Source: Candidatus Sysuiplasma jiujiangense (GTDB lineage: Archaea; Thermoplasmatota; Thermoplasmata; Sysuiplasmatales; Sysuiplasmataceae). Taken from it: DNA of 45,623 nt. Numbering within the stretch: the stretch's first letter is position 1; the number at the start of each line of letters is the position of its first letter. Positions 37,426-45,623 of the stretch are shown here, in pieces. Below the pieces are notes generated by a model, which had not been told where the DNA came from, searched no databases, and worked only from the letters and a program-made list of their open reading frames with translations. The stretch spans positions 1 through 45,623 of the forward strand of contig JAHEAD010000016.1 in NCBI GenBank assembly GCA_019721075.1. Direction: 5' to 3'. Position numbers and translations under genes: made by a program.

Positions 37426-38390
37426 TGCTGTTGGGCAGAATAATTGTGGTTGCCGAGCAGAGAGATGACGTGCTGAAGGATGCTACGCTTGAGAACATAA
37501 CACTTGCCAGGAAACTCGCAGGCGGGAACGGCAGAGTGGCCGTACTGCTCATGGGAGACGCGCTGTCGTCGAGTGTAAGAACATTATCGGAGGTGGATGC
37601 GGATGAACTGCTCATCGTCAGGAACGGCATGCTCAGGAATTACACCTATGATGCCTACAAATTTGCAATAAGCAGGGTAGTCAGTGAAAAAGAATTCGAC
37701 TTGATCATTGCGCCGTACACCTCGCTGGGAATGGATCTCTACCCGGGGCTTTCGGTTGCAATCGATGTTCCTCTGGTCTCCGATTGCACGGGTGCGGAAA
37801 TAAAGGATGGCGTTGTCGTCGCCAGGAGACAGCTCTATGGAGGGAAACTGGAGGCTGATTTCAGTGTCGAAGGCAGATGCATCCTGACTGCCAGACCCGG
37901 CATCAGCAAACCGTGCGGCGGCGGAAGACCGGAAACAACCGAACTGAACATAGATATGGAAAGCGTGAAGGCAAGAACACGTGTGGAAGGATATGAAATT
38001 CCGCCCAGGGAGGACGTCGATATAGAGAAGGCGAAGATCATAGTCTCCGTCGGAAGAGGGATAGAAAAGAAGGAGAATCTGCCTGCATTCGAGGAGCTGG
38101 TAAAGGAGATAGACGGAGCAGTGCTTGCCGGCTCGAGACCGGTAATAGACAGCGGCTGGCTTCCGAAAGGCAGGCAGGTTGGCGTTTCAGGCAAGACCGT
38201 AAAGCCGAAGCTTTACATGGCATTCGGGATAAGCGGAGCGATACAGCACCTTTCCGGCATGTCCGGCAGCGATTTTATTGTTGCCGTCAACAAGGACAGA
38301 GATGCGCCGATTTTCAAGGTCGCAAATGTGGGCATAGTGGACGACATATTCAAGGTCGCGCCGGCACTGGTCAAGGAACTTAAGAAATGA
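37425..38390 (+). CDS. etfA: Electron transfer flavoprotein alpha subunit
   Basis: ATG overlaps the etfB stop (TGATG); SVGRG, GSRPVID.GW, QVGVSGKTV.P.LY.A.GISGAIQH, AVNKD..APIF. Confidence 0.94.
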   Translation: MLLGRIIVVAEQRDDVLKDATLENITLARKLAGGNGRVAVLLMGDALSSSVRTLSEVDADELLIVRNGMLRNYTYDAYKFAISRVVSEKEFDLIIAPYTSLGMDLYPGLSVAIDVPLVSDCTGAEIKDGVVVARRQLYGGKLEADFSVEGRCILTARPGISKPCGGGRPETTELNIDMESVKARTRVEGYEIPPREDVDIEKAKIIVSVGRGIEKKENLPAFEELVKEIDGAVLAGSRPVIDSGWLPKGRQVGVSGKTVKPKLYMAFGISGAIQHLSGMSGSDFIVAVNKDRDAPIFKVANVGIVDDIFKVAPALVKELKK

Positions 38391-38631
38391 CTGTGACTTC
38401 TACAAGACACGCAGTGCAGCCCGATGAAAAGAGCGAAATCGCAGAGGAATGCACTGCGTCGGATCGCGCTGCCGCCTCAGGCACTTGCGGCTGTTTACTG
38501 AAATCCAGACCGGCCCCAGGCTCCATATCCGGGGCTGCACTGATACGCTGGGTGAAAATACACACGCTCGTTAGGTAACCAGTGAAGGGAGGGTGGCAAC
38601 AGTTATGAAGAATGATGCAGGTATGGCCGGG

Positions 38632-39417
38632 ATGATGAAGATTACTGTAGTGCAGTGGAGTCCTTCGTTTGGAAAAAAACAGCTGAACTGGGCGAGGATG
38701 GAAGAATTCTCGCGCCGGTGCGACTCGGATATAATTGTTTTTCCGGAACTATATTCGTCCGGATACAATTTTGACAGCCGGGAAGAAATAATTCCCCATT
38801 CGGATACCGTCGGGGCGCTGTCCGGTCTTGCAGAGATATCTGCAGGCAACGGAAAGCTGATTGCTGGAGGTTTTTCAGAACTAGACGGAAGGCGTGTGTT
38901 CGATTCCGCATTTGCCATATCGGAGGGCAAAGTAGACATTTACAGAAAAATACATCTCTGGGCGAAGGAGACGCAGATATTCGACGAGGGGATCGAAAGC
39001 CTGATCGTCAGCTATGGCGATGCGAAAGTAGGCATCGAGATCTGCTACGATCTTCAGTTTCCGGAACTGGCGCGTCTCATGCTTTCAGGCGGCGCAGACA
39101 TAATACTCTGCCCCATGGCATGGGCGGAAGAGCCCACATACATGGATCGGGAAACGCCTTCCTTTGTTCATCTTGCAATCGCCCAGTCATTTTCCAACGG
39201 CGTGTTCACAGCGATAGCTAACAGGGTCGGAACTGAGCGTGGTGCAGTATTTGAAGGACACAGCGGAGTGGCCGATCCGTACGGAAATTTCAGCGGATTG
39301 AAGAGAGGTGAAGGCGAAATTACGGTCGAAATGGATCTTTCAGCTGTTGAAAAGGCAAGAAGACCCAATGTCTACAACAATCTGGATAAAGACAGAAGAC
39401 TGAAGGTTTCCCTGTGA
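38632..39417 (+). CDS. Carbon-nitrogen hydrolase (nitrilase superfamily)
   Basis: Catalytic triad motifs FPEL, YRKIHL, ICYDLQFPE; ANRVG.E; start uncertain (38593-38635). Confidence 0.9.
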   Translation: MMKITVVQWSPSFGKKQLNWARMEEFSRRCDSDIIVFPELYSSGYNFDSREEIIPHSDTVGALSGLAEISAGNGKLIAGGFSELDGRRVFDSAFAISEGKVDIYRKIHLWAKETQIFDEGIESLIVSYGDAKVGIEICYDLQFPELARLMLSGGADIILCPMAWAEEPTYMDRETPSFVHLAIAQSFSNGVFTAIANRVGTERGAVFEGHSGVADPYGNFSGLKRGEGEITVEMDLSAVEKARRPNVYNNLDKDRRLKVSL

Positions 39418-39425
39418 ACTGCGCA

Positions 39426-40565
39426 TCAGGCAAAACGGGAAAGAACCCTTTCAAATCTTGAGAGCATCTCCGTATTTTCGTCCGGACTCCTTATGGTCAG
39501 CCTGAGGCAATTTCCATAATCGGGGTCTGAGATGCGCTTGAAATAAACACCGTCAGATTCAAGTGCGTCCGCGATCATATCGCGCCCGGGGCCAACTTCG
39601 GCCAGCACGAAGTTGGCGTCGCTGTCAAATGTGGCGATCCCCAGCGCCCGCAGCCGTTCCCTTACTCTTGTCCTTTCCCGGCCCACAAGCTCTCTTATCT
39701 TCTTTACGTACGGCTGGTCCTTTACAGCCTCGGCTGCAAGTTTCTGTGAAACGGTTGAAACATTGAACGGATTTTTCACTTTTCGCATCTGACCGGCAAT
39801 TTCAGGGACCGAGATACTGTAGCCAATCCTGAAATTGGTCAGACCATAGATCTTGGAAAATGTCCTTACCACCACAAGATTTGGGAAATTTTGTATGTGA
39901 GGAACAAGCGTCACGCCCGCGTATTCTGAATACGCCTCATCCACAACCATAATACCCCGGAAAGAGGCGAGCAGCTCGAGTATACGTTCAACCGGGAATA
40001 GCGTCCCTACAGGGTTATTAGGGTTCGATATAACATACAATTTCGAGCCGGCATCGGCGGGAAACGGAATCACCGGCGGCTTTCCCAGCCTCTGATGCAC
40101 CGCTTTCGCGGAACTGATCAGTGCAAAGTGATCATACATGAAATATGAGGGTGTAGGAATACACACAACATCCCCGGGATTTACGAATACCCGGAAAATC
40201 ATGTCTATTATTTCATCTGCACCTGCACCCACGACAACGCACTCTTCCGCAACATTTTCATTGGCAGCAATCAGTTTCCGCAGCTCGGATGCATTTTGAT
40301 CCGGATAATATCCTGATTCAGCGTCGCCGCCTATTATGTCAACTACCCTGGAATCCATGATTTTACGGACTGCCGGCGAAGGACCAAACGGGCTTGTGTT
40401 GTCGTTGAACTTTAGCTTCCCGCTGCCGCGGGGATAAAAATAGGTCTCTTCCTCTGCCCTGATCACGCTGTCTCGTGCCAGTTTCCTTATTCTTGTCTGG
40501 ATGTCTATGTATTTCACCCTGGAAATGTGGTTCTGCCTGATACTGCCGCCATGCAGGAGCTTCAC
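39426..40565 (-). CDS. PLP-dependent class I/II aminotransferase (HisC/CobD-like)
   Basis: YYPD, GAGADE, NPNNPVG, VDEAY, RTFSKIYGL..RIGY, ANFV, LRLTI. Confidence 0.88.
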   Translation of the reverse strand: MKLLHGGSIRQNHISRVKYIDIQTRIRKLARDSVIRAEEETYFYPRGSGKLKFNDNTSPFGPSPAVRKIMDSRVVDIIGGDAESGYYPDQNASELRKLIAANENVAEECVVVGAGADEIIDMIFRVFVNPGDVVCIPTPSYFMYDHFALISSAKAVHQRLGKPPVIPFPADAGSKLYVISNPNNPVGTLFPVERILELLASFRGIMVVDEAYSEYAGVTLVPHIQNFPNLVVVRTFSKIYGLTNFRIGYSISVPEIAGQMRKVKNPFNVSTVSQKLAAEAVKDQPYVKKIRELVGRERTRVRERLRALGIATFDSDANFVLAEVGPGRDMIADALESDGVYFKRISDPDYGNCLRLTIRSPDENTEMLSRFERVLSRFA

Positions 40566-40582
40566 TGGGGGTACCGGAGGTT

Positions 40583-41524
40583 TTACCTCCGCGCCGGCTT
40601 TGTCTTCTTTTCAAGTCTTGCAGACTGCAGGCTCATCATTTCATATATCAGATTGGCCGCAGTCATGGCAGTCAGTTCACTGACATCATACGGCGGCGAG
40701 ACCTCGACTACGTCGAAACCGGCGATATCGATGTCCATTCTGCGCAGAAATTCCAGTATTTCAAAACCGCCGAAACCTCCGATTTCCGGCGTTCCCGTCC
40801 CCGGCGCTGTTCCCGGATCGACAACGTCAATGTCAATCGAAACATACGTTTTTCCTTTGAGGGAATTTATACGCCTCAGCACCCTGTCGGGCGAGTACTT
40901 GACCTCCCGGATATTAAAACTGGAAATACCGAGTTTATCAGGCTGTTCCAGATCTTCGTGAGAGAAAAGGGAACCCCTGATCCCAACCTGAATTATATCC
41001 TTGAGAAGATTTTCCTCTGCGGCCCTTCTGAGCCAGGTGCCATGCGTGTACTTTTTACCCCAGTAAGAATCCCAGAAGTCATAGTGCGAATCAAAATGAA
41101 CAAGGTTTACCCTGCCGTATTCACCATGCATTGATCGAAGGACCGGAAGAGTTATCGAGTGGTCTCCTCCCCCTATGTAGGGAATGGTCTTTTTACCCGC
41201 TATGATTCCGGATATCTCTTTCTGGACCACCTCCATTGTATCGGAGATGTAACCGGGAATAATGTCTATGTCCCCATAGTCTGCCGCATTCAGCGTGTCA
41301 AATGGATACGTGCCGACAAAGGGGTTATACGGCCTCAGAAGTCTGGACCCCTGGCGTATCGCGGAGGGGCCGAACCTCGCACCGGTCCTGTAGGTTGTTC
41401 CGTCATCAAACGGTATGCCGACAAACAATGCCTTAATGTCATCCAGATCGCGTGTGACTGGCAGCCTTGCGAATGTGGACACCTGCGTGAATCTCGGGGA
41501 TTTCAATGCATCTATCTGTCTCAT
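40583..41524 (-). CDS. speB: Agmatinase (ureohydrolase family)
   Basis: GARFGP.AIR, GGDHSI, HFDSHYD, THGT, SIDIDVVDP..APGTGTPE, DVVEVSP; TTTAATA box at about 41547-41553. Confidence 0.9.
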   Translation of the reverse strand: MRQIDALKSPRFTQVSTFARLPVTRDLDDIKALFVGIPFDDGTTYRTGARFGPSAIRQGSRLLRPYNPFVGTYPFDTLNAADYGDIDIIPGYISDTMEVVQKEISGIIAGKKTIPYIGGGDHSITLPVLRSMHGEYGRVNLVHFDSHYDFWDSYWGKKYTHGTWLRRAAEENLLKDIIQVGIRGSLFSHEDLEQPDKLGISSFNIREVKYSPDRVLRRINSLKGKTYVSIDIDVVDPGTAPGTGTPEIGGFGGFEILEFLRRMDIDIAGFDVVEVSPPYDVSELTAMTAANLIYEMMSLQSARLEKKTKPARR

Positions 41525-41667
41525 GACAATGGGATGCCGCAGTTGATATTAAAGAATTCTGTGATTCATGTTCTGGTTATCGGAGCATTTTATAACGTCA
41601 CAAGGACAGCAACACTTCCGGTGCAGCACTTGTATTATCAGCCTGTGTACGGCTATTCCGCATTGCA

Positions 41668-42618
41668 TCAGCCGCTTGTAAAAATGTACGATTTAACCTT
41701 GTTGTCCGTCAGTTTTACAAGCAACCCCTGAAGAGTGCCGGAATAATATACGCTGCCCGGATTGAAAACCCATGTCCTGCCTATCCTTTCGGCCCCCTTT
41801 GATTCGTGTATGTGACCGTGAAGCCCCATCAGAGGCTGGTAGCGTTCAATCGCCTCGCGTATGGATGTCGAGCCGACATGTTCCGTCAGCACGTTGCCGG
41901 AAACTGTAACCGGCCGTAAATTATCGTCAAGTTTCGCGGCGACATCCAGCGATGTTCCATACGGAGGGGCATGGAAGTTCAATATTGCATGATCGAGGTC
42001 GGTCATGCTGTCCATCAGCGACATCACCTTTTTATGAAGTTCTTCCTCAGGAAGGTCTCCCGGAAGTTTCCAGGGTGTCATGTTGACAAAGCTCAGACCG
42101 GCGATATTATATCCGTCAACCTGCACCACCTTTTCTTCTGGAACGAACAGGTTGCCCTTCTCGTGCGACTGCAGTGTCTTAAGCAGATCCGGCGGATCGT
42201 CGTTTCCGATGTTTGCTATTATCGGGCGTTCCCTCTCACGCTCCCTCATAAGATCAAGCCATTCCTCCAGTCTTTCCACCATAAGTCTGTTGAACACTGC
42301 GGACATTCTGGCAGGATCGGCGGTAAGTTCCATCCAGTCACTTTCAGCAGTGACATACGGGTAGCTTCCCCTGTCAGAGATTTCCTTCTTCAGTTTTTCC
42401 AGTTCCACTCCGCCGTTTATACTGATGTTTTTGTCACCGTTGAAATAGAAGTAACCCGCGCTTGACTCAAATATGGGAACGATGGACTTCCCGCCTATGT
42501 CTTCTCCGAGCACCAGTATATCCGCATTGTAAATCTTTCCTGCATTCAAAAATTTTCTGAAGCAGACGTTGGAACCATGTATGTCGGTCACGTAAAAAAC
42601 AGTTGTCTCCTTCTTCAT
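41668..42618 (-). CDS. Calcineurin-like metallophosphoesterase (Icc-related)
   Basis: DIHG, GED, GNDD, FHAPP, HGHIHE, NPGS metal-binding motifs. Confidence 0.9.
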   Translation of the reverse strand: MKKETTVFYVTDIHGSNVCFRKFLNAGKIYNADILVLGEDIGGKSIVPIFESSAGYFYFNGDKNISINGGVELEKLKKEISDRGSYPYVTAESDWMELTADPARMSAVFNRLMVERLEEWLDLMRERERERPIIANIGNDDPPDLLKTLQSHEKGNLFVPEEKVVQVDGYNIAGLSFVNMTPWKLPGDLPEEELHKKVMSLMDSMTDLDHAILNFHAPPYGTSLDVAAKLDDNLRPVTVSGNVLTEHVGSTSIREAIERYQPLMGLHGHIHESKGAERIGRTWVFNPGSVYYSGTLQGLLVKLTDNKVKSYIFTSG

Positions 42619-42630
42619 GCCACCACTTCC

Positions 42631-43455
42631 TCAAATCTCGTCTACTTCCCTGTACCAGATCTTTCTGGTTCCCTTCCTCGATCTTTTCTCCCAGTTCTTC
42701 GTCTTCGGAAATTCAGAAACGCTGCTGAGCAGCACATCGGTTTTGCGCATCACTTCGTCATGAATGTCTGCGTCAATAACCCTTTCCGACAGCAACAGGG
42801 CGGAAAGATCCTTCACTTTCGCGAGATTGCTGATTGCATCGAAATAGAAGCCCCAGTCATCTGACAGCAGTGACGAGACGTAATTCAGGTTTATTGCATC
42901 GGGTTCGTCTGTTGTGGAGAAATTATGGCATAATTGAAGTATCATCAGATCCAGAAGATCTTTTCTTGTTATGTTGTGGACCTGCAGTTTGCTCAGCAGT
43001 ATATCTGTCGGTAGCAGTGTAACTGATTTTGTGCAAAGCCTGTTCCTGCTCCTGTCCGATATAATTACATCATGACTGAAGCACAATGCATCGTAGAAGA
43101 CATCGACATGAAATCCATGTTCCCTGTTTATGAACATGTTTCGTGAACCTGAGAAGAGGGCATTGACGTACCTGTCGGAATCATAACCCTTTCTAATGAA
43201 AAACTGCTGAACAGCCGTCTCCTGCCCGGAGAGGCCCACAAAGTCAATGTCGCCAAAATCCGGTCCTTCTGCCCCGAGCCTGTTCATCCTGGCGTACAGT
43301 GAAACTGTCCTCTCATCGGGAGCACTCCTTATATAAACAGCGAGTCCGCCGGTCACCCTGATTGTGATACCTTCAGCCTCCGCAGCCTTTACTATATCGG
43401 AAGCGGCATCCGCAAGCTCCTGATTGGAAAGTCTGACTGTTTTGTGTACCGGCAT
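42631..43455 (-). CDS. Predicted nucleotidyltransferase-fold protein
   Basis: GGLAV ... DIDF ... VDVF (pol-beta NTase G-G/S, DxD, third Asp), later L.SKLQ and KD..D. Confidence 0.72.
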   Translation of the reverse strand: MPVHKTVRLSNQELADAASDIVKAAEAEGITIRVTGGLAVYIRSAPDERTVSLYARMNRLGAEGPDFGDIDFVGLSGQETAVQQFFIRKGYDSDRYVNALFSGSRNMFINREHGFHVDVFYDALCFSHDVIISDRSRNRLCTKSVTLLPTDILLSKLQVHNITRKDLLDLMILQLCHNFSTTDEPDAINLNYVSSLLSDDWGFYFDAISNLAKVKDLSALLLSERVIDADIHDEVMRKTDVLLSSVSEFPKTKNWEKRSRKGTRKIWYREVDEI

Positions 43456-43553
43456 GTTCTGTACGCTACCGTTTAAATTAGATGTCAGGCTGGGCGGCCT
43501 GCACTTTACTTTAGATCAGGATGTGATTAATAGTTTTTGCATCCGAAGCGGCG

Positions 43554-45167
43554 TCAATCAGGGGGCAACGGCTTGAATATAGCGCGTATGTCCATGCCGT
43601 GCTTTTTCCTGAAATATGATCTCAGGACAGCGTACCATACAAGGGAGACAACGAAAATGCCCACTATTATGATGTCGGAGATGTCAGACGGAGTGGTTCC
43701 GGCCACCAGGCCGATTGTCGGAAGGAATGAAAGGACTACGGCCGAGACGAGTGTAACAATTGTTGCAATAAGCCCGATGACTATACCCCTGATGTCCTTG
43801 TTATGGATTCCGTAAAAAGCAGCGGAAACGGATGTAAGGGCAACAGTTATCATCGGCAGTATAAAGAGAAGATAAGTGAGCGGCCCGTAGAAACCTCCTT
43901 CAAATATCTCGTAGACAGGAATCAGAATCATGCTGATAACAGTTACCGCTATTATGCCGGGGTAGGGGGAATGTGACTTTTTCCCGACATTTGACATTCC
44001 GAGCGGAAGCAGTCTGTCTATGGACATTGCAAGCGTGTATCGCGAGAAGATGTAGAGTCCGAGTATGAGCCATGCGATATACCATGCTATCGAGCCCAGA
44101 TCTACCAGTGCGATAAGAACTGCATTGCCGTTCGCAACGACAAGCGGGTATGTGGTCAGTCCAGGAAACAGCGAGGTAAACTTCCAGACAGGGCTGCCCG
44201 TCGAAGCCAGACCGACAGATGCATTCAGGAAGTTAATGCCGACCGCATACACAAATGCCAGGATTATTAGAATCGCAAACACAAACGCAAGGAGATAAGC
44301 TATCCATGTACCTGCCCTGATGGTTCTGGTCGACCTCGTGAATTCGCCGGCAATGTAACTGGGGGATGTTATAAACATGAAATAAAACGCGAAAATAAAC
44401 GGCACAAAAAGAATTGTCTGTGACAGGCTTGAGCCTGAAACGAATCCCTGTTTGGTGCCGGCGCTGAGAACAGTTTGGTAGTAGTGGGCGCCGAAACCGT
44501 TCTTGGTGGCAAGAGAATTGAACGCGCTTTTGAATCCGACCGGGCCGGCAGCAAACAGCAGTGCAATCGTCACTATCAGCCCTATCAGTTCAAGTATCAG
44601 AAAACCCTCGAATATTCTGAATGCTGTTTTCGGCTTGACAAAAATGTAGAGCAGTGCAAGAATTATCACAAGCACTTCGGCCACTGCTATGATGCTTGTA
44701 CGCGTGCTGAGAGCGTTGGCAAGGTTGACCATCGCAGCATTGTTGAGTATAAAACCCGTGGCGGCAAGCGCAGGGACAAGGCTGAGAGTGACAAACCAGA
44801 CAGCCAGAACACCTCCGTATATCGACGCATTAACAAGTCTGGAAACTGACGACACTATCCCCCAGAATGTTCCCATATTTCTCGAGGCGAAGACGTATTC
44901 TCCGCCGGATCTGGGCATCTTGGTCGACATGTAGATGTAAACTGCAGTGACCGGAACGCCGATAACAGCACCCAGAAGAGTTGCATAAAGGAGATTTGTT
45001 CCGGGAAGCAGCCAAAGCACAGCCAGATAAAGGGCAAAGGCCGGACCGGGACCAAGAGATATCAGTGCCATTGAAAATGAGTCAAATGAGCCGAGTTCCT
45101 TTGTAAGGCCGCTGGATTTTCTAACGTATATACCTTTGTCAGAAGTCTCCATCGCCGTATTCAGCAC
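43554..45167 (-). CDS. APC superfamily amino acid/amine permease
   Basis: YVRKSSGLTKE, MPRSGGEYVF.SR, YIAGE, SR..LAMS.DRLLP, P..GI; about 12 TM segments; start GTG 45167 or ATG 45152. Confidence 0.92.
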   Translation of the reverse strand: MLNTAMETSDKGIYVRKSSGLTKELGSFDSFSMALISLGPGPAFALYLAVLWLLPGTNLLYATLLGAVIGVPVTAVYIYMSTKMPRSGGEYVFASRNMGTFWGIVSSVSRLVNASIYGGVLAVWFVTLSLVPALAATGFILNNAAMVNLANALSTRTSIIAVAEVLVIILALLYIFVKPKTAFRIFEGFLILELIGLIVTIALLFAAGPVGFKSAFNSLATKNGFGAHYYQTVLSAGTKQGFVSGSSLSQTILFVPFIFAFYFMFITSPSYIAGEFTRSTRTIRAGTWIAYLLAFVFAILIILAFVYAVGINFLNASVGLASTGSPVWKFTSLFPGLTTYPLVVANGNAVLIALVDLGSIAWYIAWLILGLYIFSRYTLAMSIDRLLPLGMSNVGKKSHSPYPGIIAVTVISMILIPVYEIFEGGFYGPLTYLLFILPMITVALTSVSAAFYGIHNKDIRGIVIGLIATIVTLVSAVVLSFLPTIGLVAGTTPSDISDIIIVGIFVVSLVWYAVLRSYFRKKHGMDIRAIFKPLPPD

Positions 45168-45276
45168 CCCTTCGGTACATTCACCAGAAATACTGCGCTT
45201 ATTGTCGCATCCCCCAAAATACCGGAACGGCTAATCCCGGTCTTCTTATTAAATTGTTTTCATGAGTCCAGTATGC

Positions 45277-45623
45277 TGTCGAGTACAACAATTATTTCAC
45301 CCCCCTCACATAACCCCTGTGGCCAAACTCAATGAAACACAAATCCGTTTCATCTGCAATCATATCGTCCACAGGAAAGACTGGTCTGTATCACGCATCG
45401 CCATACAGTATGGCGTCACCACGAGGAGGGTGAGGCAGCTGGTTGCACAGTACAGGAGGACAGGCAGCTATCCTGTGCTGAAACATCCTGGCAGGAAGGC
45501 ATCGGCACCGCTCACAGCAGAGGAGAGGGATGCGATAGACACTGTCTGGAACGAAACACGGCTGGGCGCACGCCTCCTGTTCAGGGAGCTGAGGAGGCGC
45601 GGATACCGCATACAGCACCACAA
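45277..45623 (+). mobile_element. IS481-family insertion sequence, left end (truncated by the window)
   Basis: TGT-initiated end TGTCGAGTACAACAATTATTTCACCCC directly before a transposase ORF; right end not visible, so the inverted repeat cannot be confirmed. Confidence 0.7.
45319..45623 (+). CDS. IS481-family (ISA0963-like) transposase, N-terminal HTH part (partial; not in the ORF track)
   Basis: GTG start; MAKLNETQIRFICNHIVHRKDWSVSRIAIQYGVTTRRVRQLVAQYRRTGSYPVLKHPGRK...RLGARLLFRELRRRGYRIQHH, open to the window end. Confidence 0.82.
   Translation, partial: MAKLNETQIRFICNHIVHRKDWSVSRIAIQYGVTTRRVRQLVAQYRRTGSYPVLKHPGRKASAPLTAEERDAIDTVWNETRLGARLLFRELRRRGYRIQHH

Noticed and set aside
35757..38390. 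Nitrogen-fixation (nif/fix) cluster suggested by a NifX-like gene next to etfBA
   Set aside because: No nitrogenase, fixC or fixX genes in the window; both families are common in non-diazotrophic archaea
38420..38445. Hammerhead ribozyme-like core (CCGATGA...GAAA)
   Set aside because: Core is CCGATGA rather than CTGATGA, and no stem II can form between the two motifs
38387..38578. 63-aa ORF overlapping the etfA stop
   Set aside because: No family motif; the sequence is better explained by inverted repeats, although translation cannot be excluded
45391..45621. 76-aa minus-strand ORF at the window end
   Set aside because: Antisense shadow of the plus-strand transposase

Overview
Chromosomal window from an archaeon, probably Thermoplasmatota. 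This assignment is inferred from archaeal TATA boxes about 25 nt upstream of many leaderless starts, GGTGA/GGAGG Shine-Dalgarno (SD) sites, and DUF835, TrmB, Lrp and PKD-domain surface proteins. Most of it is housekeeping and metabolism: a glucose dehydrogenase-GH15-cyclase operon, an aldo/keto reductase, an orphan PKD-containing ABC solute-binding protein, ilvB-ilvN-ilvC, an SDR, a saccharopine/lysine dehydrogenase-like enzyme, a 1349-aa multi-GAF/PAS/DUF835 sensor, a surface glycosylation cluster (GT-C-like, GT2-GtrA, DUF2079-like), lrp-gatCAB with a divergent tRNA-Asn(GTT), TrmB, an RfaD-like epimerase, etfBA, a nitrilase-family hydrolase, a HisC-like aminotransferase and agmatinase. The window ends in the left end of an IS481-family element. 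No CRISPR array is visible. The four most interesting observations are: (1) a Cas4-like nuclease split over two overlapping genes, each with a transmembrane helix, with the four Fe-S cysteines divided 1+3 between them; (2) an APC permease-nucleotidyltransferase-metallophosphoesterase triad of unknown function; (3) an unannotated 24-aa leader peptide ending LLHFIIA, whose stop codon sits in a hairpin that overlaps the ilvB SD (candidate archaeal translational attenuator); (4) a structurally atypical tRNA-Asn head-to-head with gatCAB. All functional calls come from motif reading; no database searches were run.
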